Source of the DNA: a virus | Virus genome (UHGV): UHGV-1351569 | Reading direction: 5' to 3' (one strand) | Length of the DNA stretch: 64,000 bases | Shown here: piece by piece, positions 24,211 to 32,717 of the stretch | How the letters are laid out: every line of letters starts with the position of its first letter | Position numbering within the stretch: the stretch's first letter is position 1 | Translations under genes and position numbers: made by a program | The notes under the pieces: model-generated | What the model was told of the DNA's origin: nothing | Databases searched by the model: none | Seen by the model: only the letters and a program-made list of their open reading frames with translations

Positions 24211-24486
24211 ATGTTTCCGACTTATTCTAAAATCGTAGAAGTAGTGTTTAGCCAAATTATCGCTAATAACATGTTTGAAAAGCTTGATAATGCAGCTGAG
24301 CTTCGAATTCATGCTCAAGTGACTCATGTATTGAACACTTTGCTTCCAGACCAGGTGGATTCTATTGCAATTACGCTGTATCCAGGTTCCGCGCATATCA
24401 TTGTCGTATTCGGTCTTGATGCTGAACTAGTCATCAAAGGCGATATTCGTTTTGAATCACAGACATCAGAATTCAAAGCAATTTAA
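24211..24486 (+). CDS. hypothetical protein
   Basis: 91 aa ORF. Confidence 0.6.
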   Translation: MFPTYSKIVEVVFSQIIANNMFEKLDNAAELRIHAQVTHVLNTLLPDQVDSIAITLYPGSAHIIVVFGLDAELVIKGDIRFESQTSEFKAI

Positions 24487-24488
24487 TA

Positions 24489-24518
24489 GTTTACTTTACG
24501 GTAGAGTTGTGATATTAT
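24489..24518 (+). promoter_or_regulatory. T4-type early promoter with embedded inverted repeat
   Basis: GTTTAC 24489-94, TATTAT 24513-18; inverted repeat GGTAGAG (24500-06)/CTCTACC (24521-27) spans the -10. Confidence 0.5.
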
Positions 24519-24548
24519 AGCTCTACCAAAACAAATGAGGAAATTGAA

Positions 24549-25076
24549 ATGAGCGAATGGTTTGAAGAAGATAAGGTTTATCGCTTTAAAGCTGGATATA
24601 AAGATATTTTTAATGAAACTTGCGGGGCTAATAAACGAATTGCCCAGTTTATTGGGGAAAATTCATTTAAAGTAAAAATAGATCCTGCGAAAAATGTTAT
24701 TAGCATTAAACGCGAAATTGATGATTGTTGGTATAAAGCTGTTGATGTAATGGGTGAATCCTATAAAGTTAGCCCGTTATTTTCAATTGCTTATATGTTA
24801 GAATATTCTTTTTTCGAAGAAGTTCAAAAAGATGATTCTGTCAGTAAATTTGAAATTAAATCTGATAAAGAAATTAAGTGGAAAGTAGTAGGTATTACTG
24901 GTTGTATGTTTTATATCTATGCTCAAACTGATACGAAGGAAGAAGCTAAAAAGAAAGCTCTAGAATATCTTGAAGAGTATGAAGAAGGTCCGGTAATGAT
25001 TACTCAAGATGCTGAATTAGTTTCTGTCAAATTAGTTAAAAATGTTGAAAGTAAGGAGCTGGGATCAACATGCTAA
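24549..25076 (+). CDS. hypothetical protein
   Basis: 175 aa ORF with SD GAGGAAA before ATG. Confidence 0.7.
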   Translation: MSEWFEEDKVYRFKAGYKDIFNETCGANKRIAQFIGENSFKVKIDPAKNVISIKREIDDCWYKAVDVMGESYKVSPLFSIAYMLEYSFFEEVQKDDSVSKFEIKSDKEIKWKVVGITGCMFYIYAQTDTKEEAKKKALEYLEEYEEGPVMITQDAELVSVKLVKNVESKELGSTC

Positions 25077-25306
25077 GTGAAAAACCAATTACTGTTAAAG
25101 AATTCCAAGAAAAAGTTAAACTATTTGCACAGGAATTAGTAAATAGGGTTTCTGAACGATTTCCTGAAACATCGGTTCGTGTTATTACCGAAACTCCTCG
25201 TTCAGTATTAGTAATTGTGAATCCAGGTGATGGTGACCAAATAACACATCTTAAACTGGATTTTGATGGATTAGTTGAAGCACAAAGGGTGTATGGCGTA
25301 CTATGA
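25070..25306 (+). CDS. hypothetical protein
   Basis: 78 aa ORF. Confidence 0.6.
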   Translation: MLSEKPITVKEFQEKVKLFAQELVNRVSERFPETSVRVITETPRSVLVIVNPGDGDQITHLKLDFDGLVEAQRVYGVL

Positions 25307-25641
25307 TGAATTTAACTGATATAATTGATAATTGTCTTGAAAATGATACTGGCGATCATAGAGCGCTTGATTCTGAAACAGCACAGTTCATTAGAATAAC
25401 TTTAATGAATGATACTCTAGTGAATAGTATTCATCCTTCTGTGTATGATGCTATTATTGTGACGAAGTATCCAGTTGAGCTTCACAAAAAGATGGCTGGT
25501 GCAATTTTTATTGATAAGAAAAACCGCTTTAAAGATGGGCAGAATATAATTAGTTCTGTTATTAAAAGTATAACTAAACTTCGTCACGAAATTTATCGTG
25601 TTGAAACTGCTAAATCTGCTTATCTGGTGATTATGAAATGA
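25303..25641 (+). CDS. hypothetical protein
   Basis: 112 aa ORF; start may be the second ATG at 25306. Confidence 0.6.
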   Translation: MMNLTDIIDNCLENDTGDHRALDSETAQFIRITLMNDTLVNSIHPSVYDAIIVTKYPVELHKKMAGAIFIDKKNRFKDGQNIISSVIKSITKLRHEIYRVETAKSAYLVIMK

Positions 25642-26219
25642 AAGCGAGTACAGTACTTCAAATTGCATATTTAGTATCACAAGAATCCAAATGTTGCTCC
25701 TGGAAGGTAGGAGCAGTAATTGAAAAGAATGGACGTATTATTTCTACTGGATATAACGGCTCTCCGGCAGGTGGTGTGAATTGTTGTGATTATGCTGCCG
25801 AGCAAGGTTGGTTGCTGAATAAGCCTAAACATACTATCATTCAAGGTCATAAGCCTGAATGCGTATCGTTTGGTTCAACTGATCGTTTTGTCTTGGCGAA
25901 AGAACACCGCAGCGCTCATTCTGAATGGTCGTCTAAAAATGAAATTCATGCTGAACTAAATGCGATTTTGTTTGCTGCACGAAACGGTTCTTCAATTGAA
26001 GGTGCTACTATGTATGTAACACTTTCTCCTTGTCCAGATTGTGCAAAAGCGATAGCTCAATCTGGTATTAAAAAGTTGGTTTATTGCGAAACATACGATA
26101 AAAATAAACCTGGCTGGGATGATATTCTGCGAAATGCGGGTATTGAAGTGTTTAATGTTCCTAAGAAAAACTTAAATAAGTTAAATTGGGAAAATATCAA
26201 CGAATTCTGTGGTGAATAA
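25638..26219 (+). CDS. cd: dCMP deaminase
   Basis: 193 aa; zinc-binding deaminase motifs HAE...PCxxC (HAELNAILFAA...SPCPDCAKAIAQSGI). Confidence 0.93.
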   Translation: MKASTVLQIAYLVSQESKCCSWKVGAVIEKNGRIISTGYNGSPAGGVNCCDYAAEQGWLLNKPKHTIIQGHKPECVSFGSTDRFVLAKEHRSAHSEWSSKNEIHAELNAILFAARNGSSIEGATMYVTLSPCPDCAKAIAQSGIKKLVYCETYDKNKPGWDDILRNAGIEVFNVPKKNLNKLNWENINEFCGE

Positions 26220-26455
26220 TGAAATTTCGTTTGGTACAGCTCACAGCAATTAGTTCTTATTCTAACGAGAACATTTCATTTGCAGTAGAGTATAAGAAAT
26301 ATTTTTTCTCTAAATGGAAGCAGTATTATAAGTCAGAATGGGTTTGTATTGATAGACCATATAGTTGGAAATCTGATTTAGAAAAATGCCAAAAATTGCT
26401 TTCCACTCTTAAAGAACGTGGAACAACCCATATTAAAACTGTAATAGGTAAATAA
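26219..26455 (+). CDS. hypothetical protein
   Basis: 78 aa ORF. Confidence 0.6.
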   Translation: MKFRLVQLTAISSYSNENISFAVEYKKYFFSKWKQYYKSEWVCIDRPYSWKSDLEKCQKLLSTLKERGTTHIKTVIGK

Positions 26456-26764
26456 ATGAAACTGACGACTGAGCAGAAAGTAGCAATTCGTGAAATTTTG
26501 AAAACTAAATTGTCCATGGGTGTTTCAAACGTAGTTTTTGAAAAGTCTGATGGTACTATTCGTACTATGAAAGGTACTCGTGATGCAGACTTTATGCCAA
26601 CCATGCAAACCGGTAAATTGACTGAATCTACTCGGAAAGAATCTACTGATATGGTTCCAGTATTTGATGTTGAGCTTGGTGCATGGCGAGGTTTTTCTAT
26701 TGACAAATTGATTTCCGTTAATGGCATGAAAGTTGAGCATTTGCTTCAATTTATTGGTAAATAA
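26456..26764 (+). CDS. hypothetical protein
   Basis: 102 aa ORF. Confidence 0.6.
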   Translation: MKLTTEQKVAIREILKTKLSMGVSNVVFEKSDGTIRTMKGTRDADFMPTMQTGKLTESTRKESTDMVPVFDVELGAWRGFSIDKLISVNGMKVEHLLQFIGK

Positions 26765-26765
26765 A

Positions 26766-26790
26766 TGCTTTAAGAATTATTTGTTATTAT
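26766..26790 (+). promoter_or_regulatory. probable MotA-dependent middle promoter for gene 31
   Basis: MotA box TGCTTTA at 26766-72, TATTAT at 26785-90, spacing consistent with a box centred near -30. Confidence 0.5.
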
Positions 26791-26820
26791 TAATTCATCT
26801 GTTAACAAAAAGGAAAAACG

Positions 26821-27156
26821 ATGTCTGAAGTACAACAGCTACCAATTCGTGCTGTCGGTGAATATGTTATTTTAGTTTCTGAACCTGCACAAGCCGGTGA
26901 TGAAGAAGTTACAGAATCAGGACTTATTATCGGTAAACGTGTTCAAGGTGAAGTTCCTGAACTGTGTGTAGTTCACTCTGTTGGTCCTGATGTTCCTGAA
27001 GGTTTCTGCGAAGTTGGTGATTTGACTTCTCTTCCAGTTGGTCAAATTCGAAACGTTCCGCATCCTTTTGTAGCTCTGGGTCTTAAGCAGCCAAAAGAAA
27101 TTAAACAAAAATTCGTTACCTGTCACTATAAAGCTATTCCGTGTCTTTATAAGTGA
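26821..27156 (+). CDS. 31: co-chaperonin gp31 (GroES functional analogue)
   Basis: 111 aa [40 protein letters not shown]... Confidence 0.93.
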
Positions 27157-27164
27157 TATAAATA
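27157..27164 (+). promoter_or_regulatory. late promoter TATAAATA upstream of rIII
   Basis: Exact TATAAATA directly after the gene 31 stop codon. Confidence 0.5.
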
Positions 27165-27303
27165 ATAATATGAATTGGGTGTCGGAATAATAAGTTAACC
27201 GAACAATTCTACGTGGTAGTCTACAACTGAGAGATCTGTCGAAAGAAGATGAAATTCAGAAGAAGGTGACTACCGAGTTTTAATCTCTAATGAGAATTTT
27301 TAA

Positions 27304-27552
27304 ATGATTAAACAATTACAACACGCTCTTGAACTGCAACGAAACGCATGGAATAATGGTCACGAAAACTATGGCGCATCTATTGATGTTGAAGCCGAAG
27401 CTCTTGAAATCCTGCGTTATTTCAAACATCTGAATCCTGCTCAAACTGCACTAGCTGCCGAGCTTCAGGAAAAAGATGAACTTAAGTATGCTAAGCCTCT
27501 GGCTTCTGCTGCACGAAAAGCAGTTCGTCACTTTGTGGTAACACTGAAGTAA
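27304..27552 (+). CDS. rIII: lysis inhibition accessory protein rIII
   Basis: 82 aa MIKQLQHALELQRNAWNNGHENYGASIDVEAEALE...; T4 rIII size and position after gene 31. Confidence 0.9.
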   Translation: MIKQLQHALELQRNAWNNGHENYGASIDVEAEALEILRYFKHLNPAQTALAAELQEKDELKYAKPLASAARKAVRHFVVTLK

Positions 27553-27671
27553 TTATGTTGACGGGTTTATGGTTATCCTGGTCGTTAAATATTCAAAACC
27601 TAAGTACCCCTTGAGGGCTTTCGCAGGCAATGCCAATAAGTCCTGCATTTTCATTTAAAAGAGAATTTATA

Positions 27672-27848
27672 ATGGCAAAACAAGCTAAAGCAAAGAAAGC
27701 AGTTGAAAAGAAAGTTGGTGATTCTAAACGCGCTGGTTACAAGCGTGGGTCGAACTCTCGTATCAATCAAACTGTTGAGAAGATCATGCGCCGAGCACGT
27801 GCGGTTCTTCGAGATGATGCTTCTCGTTTTGGTAAGCAGAAAGCATAA
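27672..27848 (+). CDS. small basic protein (Lys/Arg-rich)
   Basis: ATG 27672; 58 aa MAKQAKAKKAVEKKVGDSKRAGYKRGSNSR...; followed by a strong terminator. Confidence 0.6.
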   Translation: MAKQAKAKKAVEKKVGDSKRAGYKRGSNSRINQTVEKIMRRARAVLRDDASRFGKQKA

Positions 27849-27853
27849 GTTGA

Positions 27854-27882
27854 GGACTCCTTCGGGAGTCCTTTTTTATTTT
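27854..27882 (+). terminator. rho-independent terminator
   Basis: GGACTCC-ttcg-GGAGTCC followed by TTTTTTATTTT. Confidence 0.85.
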
Positions 27883-27903
27883 CCAAAGATTGCACAAAGT
27901 TGT

Positions 27904-27933
27904 TTACAGTATGGTTCCTTTGTGATAGTATTA
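27904..27933 (+). promoter_or_regulatory. T4-type early promoter
   Basis: GTTTAC 27904-09, TGTGA-TAGTAT at 27928-33. Confidence 0.45.
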
Positions 27934-27958
27934 TCTTACACAAACAAAGGAGAATAAA

Positions 27959-28291
27959 ATGAAAACGATTAATCTGAACGCTACAGTTAAAACTAAATGC
28001 TTCAATGGTAAATATGATGAAACTATGTGGTTCTTAATGGCAGTTGAAGGTGATATTATTGAAGTAGAAACAACAGAAGGTATGGGAACAGATTTCACCT
28101 TTACAATTCAAGTTCATAATTTCTTTACTGGTTGGATTTATGAATTGAATACAGTAATCGTTGGAAAAATTGAACAAAATGAATTGGGTGAATGGTATTA
28201 TGTTACAGCTCGCCAACGTGCCGAACGCTTAATTGAGAAGATGAAAAAAGTTGGTAAACTTGACATGCAACATTGGAAAGTAGTAAAATAA
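27959..28291 (+). CDS. hypothetical protein
   Basis: 110 aa ORF with SD AAGGAGAA. Confidence 0.7.
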   Translation: MKTINLNATVKTKCFNGKYDETMWFLMAVEGDIIEVETTEGMGTDFTFTIQVHNFFTGWIYELNTVIVGKIEQNELGEWYYVTARQRAERLIEKMKKVGKLDMQHWKVVK

Positions 28292-28312
28292 TTGTTTACT
28301 TTGGTACAGGAT
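28284..28312 (+). promoter_or_regulatory. T4-type early promoter with embedded inverted repeat
   Basis: GTTTAC 28284-89, TATTAT 28307-12; inverted repeat GGTACAGG (28293-300)/CCTGTACC (28316-23). Confidence 0.5.
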
Positions 28313-28359
28313 ATGATATTATATACCTGTACCGCAATTAAACATCTTGGAGAATAAAA

Positions 28360-28725
28360 ATGAACTACATCAACTTTGAACGTAAATATGTTTCTAACGG
28401 TATTGCAGGTTCTATTGATACTATCTGCCTTTGGAAACATCAAAATGGATCAGTATGCGAAATTGAACAGTATATGACTCCTAACTACGTTTATATGCGA
28501 TTTGAAAATGGCATCACGGTTTCAATCACGAAAGAAGGTTCTTCTTTTAAAATCGCATTAGATGATGATTTTCGTCAACGCGATTTGGGGACTCATCCTT
28601 GCTGGAATGGCGTTAATCGTAAACTTCTAGTTAAAACTTGGATTCGTCACATCCTGAGCAACCGAGCTAAACCTGAGCATCTTGAAGCAATCTTTGATGT
28701 AGTTCTTAACGAATTTGATATTTAA
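28360..28725 (+). CDS. hypothetical protein
   Basis: 121 aa ORF with SD GGAGAA. Confidence 0.7.
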   Translation: MNYINFERKYVSNGIAGSIDTICLWKHQNGSVCEIEQYMTPNYVYMRFENGITVSITKEGSSFKIALDDDFRQRDLGTHPCWNGVNRKLLVKTWIRHILSNRAKPEHLEAIFDVVLNEFDI

Positions 28726-28764
28726 AATAAAACAGGGGCTTCGGCCCTTACTGAGGAAAATACT

Positions 28765-29052
28765 ATGTTTATGACTACTTATTTTGATACCCGCAAAAAT
28801 TTCTGTGAAGTGGTTTTCTCTAAGGCGCCTAAAGACCTTCCTGCTCATTTGCAGCCTACCAGTGAATCGATTAAAAACTACGTTAATGTAGTATGTCCTT
28901 TAGAGTTCCGTACTGTAAATGGACGTGATACTCTAGCAATCATTAAACTCAATCGTGAAATTGACATTGATCCTTCAATTGCGCGTGAAATTAACATTTC
29001 TGACATTGGCGGAGGTAATGTTAAATCACATGGCTTTCAGATGAGGTTTTAA
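28765..29052 (+). CDS. hypothetical protein
   Basis: 95 aa ORF, SD GAGGAAAA. Confidence 0.65.
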   Translation: MFMTTYFDTRKNFCEVVFSKAPKDLPAHLQPTSESIKNYVNVVCPLEFRTVNGRDTLAIIKLNREIDIDPSIAREINISDIGGGNVKSHGFQMRF

Positions 29053-29249
29053 TGAAATTCTTTTTAGGTCAAACTGTTGAATTAAAGGGAGTTGGTATAC
29101 CTGGATTAATTTCTAAGGTTCTACCTCCATTTAAATGGAGTGGTATTCAAATAAAAGAGGCTTATATTGTTTCCTGGGTAGATGGAAATGAAGACCTTCG
29201 TATGGGCGATGAATTATCTCCTATCTATGGATTAAAGGAATTAGTATGA
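29052..29249 (+). CDS. hypothetical protein
   Basis: 65 aa ORF. Confidence 0.6.
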   Translation: MKFFLGQTVELKGVGIPGLISKVLPPFKWSGIQIKEAYIVSWVDGNEDLRMGDELSPIYGLKELV

Positions 29250-29452
29250 ATATAATTAATAAGATTTTTGGAATTCAGTACATTAAGGTCACATATAGAG
29301 TAACGTATAAAGGTCCGTATACCGATGAACATGAAGAGCCACAAGTTCAGTCTATTATATTAGAAAAGGACCCTAACTGGCCAGTTGAATTTCGTCTTCC
29401 TTGCTACGGTCATTGGGCTGATGTTGAAATTATAAGCATTGAAAATGTCTGA
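29246..29452 (+). CDS. hypothetical protein
   Basis: 68 aa ORF. Confidence 0.6.
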   Translation: MNIINKIFGIQYIKVTYRVTYKGPYTDEHEEPQVQSIILEKDPNWPVEFRLPCYGHWADVEIISIENV

Positions 29453-29903
29453 GTTAGAGATAAGAAGCAATTTTAGATGGCCATCATGCGCATTAAGTAA
29501 TTTCGCCCAATGGCCTTTCGTTATGGATGGTATTCAATTTGGAGGTCTCGAAGGATTCCTCCAAGGATGCAAGGTGAAAAATGTTGAACAACAGCGTCGT
29601 ATATTTGGGTTATCCGGGCTTGCCGCCCAACAAGCTGGACGAGCTTATGCTAGAGCTCAGGACCGTGGGACCCTCTTCTGGCTTGGAGTTCCGTTTTCAA
29701 GATACTCTCCAGCGTGGAAAGAATTATACACAAATGCATATTTTGAAGCAGCGTTCCAAAACAAGGGCTTTCGCGATGCATTACAAGCCTCGAAAGGAAA
29801 AGTTTTGAAGCACAGCATGGCTAGTGGTCTAACAAAAGATGATACAATACTAACCGAAGCTGAATTTATTGATGTGTTAAACCTATTAAGAGACTCTCTA
29901 TGA
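29439..29903 (+). CDS. 30.3: NADAR (YbiA)-like domain protein
   Basis: 154 aa; LSNFAQWPFVMDGIQFGGLEGFLQGCK resembles the NADAR signature (FSNF..WP...DG.....E.F.Q..K). Confidence 0.7.
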   Translation: MKMSELEIRSNFRWPSCALSNFAQWPFVMDGIQFGGLEGFLQGCKVKNVEQQRRIFGLSGLAAQQAGRAYARAQDRGTLFWLGVPFSRYSPAWKELYTNAYFEAAFQNKGFRDALQASKGKVLKHSMASGLTKDDTILTEAEFIDVLNLLRDSL

Positions 29904-30751
29904 AGCCTACTATTTTAACTGATATTGATGGAGTATGTTTAAGCTGGCAATCAGGCCTTCCTTATTTTGCTCAGAAATATAATCTTCCGTTAGAACATAT
30001 TTTAAAAATGATCCAAGATGAGAAATTTATTTCTCCGGGTAAACTCTTTAATTGTGATGAAGAACTTGGCGTCAAGTTAATTGAAAAATACAATCGTTCA
30101 GATTTTATTCGTTATTTGTCTCCATATAAAGACGCCCTGTGCGTAATTAACAAATTAAAAGAAGATTATAATTTTGTAGCTGTTACAGCATTGGGTGATT
30201 CTATTGACGCTCTGCTGAATCGTCAATTTAATTTGAATGCTCTTTTTCCTGGTGCCTTCTCAGAAGTAATGATGTGTGGTCATGATTCTTCAAAAGAAGA
30301 GTTGTTCAAAAAGGCAAAAGAGAAATATAACGTGATTTGTTATATTGACGATCTCGCTCATCACTGCGACCACGCGAGTGAAATATTAAATGTTCCTGTT
30401 TATTGGATGGCTCGAGGAGAGCGTGACAATATTCCAAAAACCGCTCAGCGAGTTTATACATGGAATGATGTAGAAAATAAGCTTTTTTCACCAAAGGAAA
30501 ATAAAGAAAGTTTTGATAGTGAAAAAGCTATAAAAGATGTAATTGAGAAGATGGTTAAAAACGATTCTTTTCGTTGGAACACTACCTGGAGAACTCCTGG
30601 ATTTAATCCGTATAATCCATATTATACACATCCATATAATCCATATTATACACACCCGTACCATATGAATCCATTCCATACGTGGAGTTATACTAAGCCT
30701 GGTGATGCAGGGTATTTTAATAGTGATAATATTTTCCAAGGAGCATTCTAA
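29900..30751 (+). CDS. HAD-superfamily-like protein with C-terminal Pro/Tyr-rich repeat tail
   Basis: 283 aa; N-terminal ILTDIDGV (DxDG motif); C-terminal NPYNPYYTHPYNPYYTHPYHMNPF. Confidence 0.7.
   Translation: MKPTILTDIDGVCLSWQSGLPYFAQKYNLPLEHILKMIQDEKFISPGKLFNCDEELGVKLIEKYNRSDFIRYLSPYKDALCVINKLKEDYNFVAVTALGDSIDALLNRQFNLNALFPGAFSEVMMCGHDSSKEELFKKAKEKYNVICYIDDLAHHCDHASEILNVPVYWMARGERDNIPKTAQRVYTWNDVENKLFSPKENKESFDSEKAIKDVIEKMVKNDSFRWNTTWRTPGFNPYNPYYTHPYNPYYTHPYHMNPFHTWSYTKPGDAGYFNSDNIFQGAF
30611..30658 (+). repeat. 24-bp direct tandem repeat, 2 copies, inside a coding region
   Basis: TATAATCCATATTATACACATCCA then TATAATCCATATTATACACACCCG; encodes the duplicated YNPYYTHP peptide. Confidence 0.85.
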
Positions 30752-31020
30752 TGTTTGTCGTTCATACTATTTATGAAAATGAAGGTAATACTACACGTGA
30801 TTACGGTCACGTAAATCAATTTTTTAGATGCAATCCAGAATTCCGAGCTCAAAAAGACGAACGAATTTTTAAAAAATGTGTAGAGCAAGGTTTCATTTAC
30901 GTCAAGCACTGGATGCAAGGAAATAAAGTTAGAACTACATATCATAAGTCTTTGCCTGAGCTTAATGATGAATTGATTTATAATAGAGCTGTAAACCAAG
31001 CTTTGAAGGATGAGCAATGA
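30751..31020 (+). CDS. hypothetical protein
   Basis: 89 aa ORF directly upstream of DNA ligase. Confidence 0.65.
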   Translation: MFVVHTIYENEGNTTRDYGHVNQFFRCNPEFRAQKDERIFKKCVEQGFIYVKHWMQGNKVRTTYHKSLPELNDELIYNRAVNQALKDEQ

Positions 31021-32480
31021 TTCTTAAAATTCTGAATGAAATAGCATCTATTGGATCAACTAAGCAGAAGCAAGCAATTCTTGAAAAGAATAAAGATAAT
31101 GAATTGCTTAAACGGGTATATCGTCTGACTTATTCTCGTGGGTTACAGTATTATATCAAGAAATGGCCTAAACCTGGTATTGCTACCCAGAGTTTTGGAA
31201 TGCTGACTATTACCGATATGCTTGACTTCATTGAATTCACGTTAGCTACTCGGAAATTGACCGGAAATGCTGCAATTGAGGAATTGACTGGATATATCAC
31301 TGATGGTAAAAAGGATGATGTTGAAGTTTTGCGTCGAGTGATGATGCGAGACCTTGAATGTGGTGCTTCAGTATCTATTGCAAATAAAGTTTGGCCAGGT
31401 TTAATTCCTGAACAACCTCAAATGTTGGCAAGTTCTTATGATGAAAAAGGCATTAGTAAAAATATCAAGTTTCCAGCCTTTGCGCAGTTAAAAGCAGATG
31501 GAGCTCGGTGTTTTGCTGAAGTTAGAGGTGATGAATTAGATGATGTTCGTCTTTTATCACGAGCTGGTAATGAATATCTAGGATTAGATCTTCTTAAGGA
31601 AGAATTAATCAAAATGACTGCTGAAGCCCGCCAGATTCATCCAGAAGGTGTGTTAATTGATGGCGAATTGGTATACCATGAGCAAGTTAAAAAGGAACCA
31701 GAAGGCCTAGATTTTCTTTTTGATGCTTATCCTGAAATTAGTAAAGCTAAAGAATTCGCCGAAGTAGCGGAATCTCGTACTACTTCTAATGGAATCGCCA
31801 ATAAATCCTTAAAAGGAACCATTTCTGAAAAAGAAGCTCAATGCATGAAGTTTCAGGTCTGGGATTATGTCCCGTTGGTAGAAATATACGGTCTTCCGGC
31901 GTTTCGTTTAAAATATGATGTGCGTTTTTCTAAACTAGAACAAATGACATCAGGATATGATAAAGTAATTTTAATTGAAAACCAGGTAGTAAATAACCTA
32001 GATGAAGCTAAGGTAATTTATAAAAAGTATATTGACCAAGGTCTTGAAGGTATTATTCTCAAAAATACCGATGGATTATGGGAAAATGCTCGTTCAAAAA
32101 ATCTTTATAAATTTAAAGAAGTAATTGATGTTGATTTAAAAATTGTAGGAATTTATCCTCACCGTAAAGACCCTACTAAAGCAGGTGGATTTATTCTTGA
32201 ATCAGAGTGTGGAAAAATTAAAGTAAATGCTGGTTCAGGCTTAAAAGATAAAGCCGGTGTAAAATCACATGAACTTGACCGTACTCGCATTATGGAAAAC
32301 CAAAATTATTATATTGGAAAAATTCTAGAGTGCGAATGCAATGGTTGGTTAAAATCTGATGGCCGCACTGATTACGTTAAATTATTTCTTCCGATTGCGA
32401 TTCGTTTACGTGAAGATAAAACTAAAGCTAATACATTCGAGGATGTATTTGGTGATTTTCATGAGGTAACTGGTCTATGA
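31017..32480 (+). CDS. 30: ATP-dependent DNA ligase
   Basis: 487 aa MILKILNEIASIGSTKQKQAILEKNK...; adenylation motif KADGAR (FAQLKADGARCFAEV). Confidence 0.97.
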   Translation: MILKILNEIASIGSTKQKQAILEKNKDNELLKRVYRLTYSRGLQYYIKKWPKPGIATQSFGMLTITDMLDFIEFTLATRKLTGNAAIEELTGYITDGKKDDVEVLRRVMMRDLECGASVSIANKVWPGLIPEQPQMLASSYDEKGISKNIKFPAFAQLKADGARCFAEVRGDELDDVRLLSRAGNEYLGLDLLKEELIKMTAEARQIHPEGVLIDGELVYHEQVKKEPEGLDFLFDAYPEISKAKEFAEVAESRTTSNGIANKSLKGTISEKEAQCMKFQVWDYVPLVEIYGLPAFRLKYDVRFSKLEQMTSGYDKVILIENQVVNNLDEAKVIYKKYIDQGLEGIILKNTDGLWENARSKNLYKFKEVIDVDLKIVGIYPHRKDPTKAGGFILESECGKIKVNAGSGLKDKAGVKSHELDRTRIMENQNYYIGKILECECNGWLKSDGRTDYVKLFLPIAIRLREDKTKANTFEDVFGDFHEVTGL

Positions 32481-32665
32481 AAGCTTACTTAGAAACAATT
32501 GTCGTGGCTCAAAAAGAAGGTGGAGATGTTTCTACTTCTGTATCACAAATTATGATTGAATTTATAGATGCATATGCTTATAATAAATTCACAGAAACAT
32601 TTGATGCCTATGAAAAAGGTCCAAAGTTTGAAATATATCGTACTCTCTTACCAATAGATTATTAA
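32477..32665 (+). CDS. hypothetical protein
   Basis: 62 aa ORF overlapping ligase stop. Confidence 0.55.
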   Translation: MKAYLETIVVAQKEGGDVSTSVSQIMIEFIDAYAYNKFTETFDAYEKGPKFEIYRTLLPIDY

Positions 32666-32690
32666 AGGCCTTCGGGCCTTTAATTTTATA
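32664..32690 (+). terminator. rho-independent terminator
   Basis: AAAGGCC-ttcg-GGCCTTT followed by an A/T-rich tract. Confidence 0.7.
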
Positions 32691-32717
32691 AATAGAATAA
32701 ACACTAGAGAGGATATG

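Noticed and set aside
27703-27957. 84 aa ORF overlapping the small basic protein gene in another frame
   Set aside because: Reads through the GGACTCC/GGAGTCC terminator and the next early promoter; the in-frame 58 aa basic protein explains the region better.
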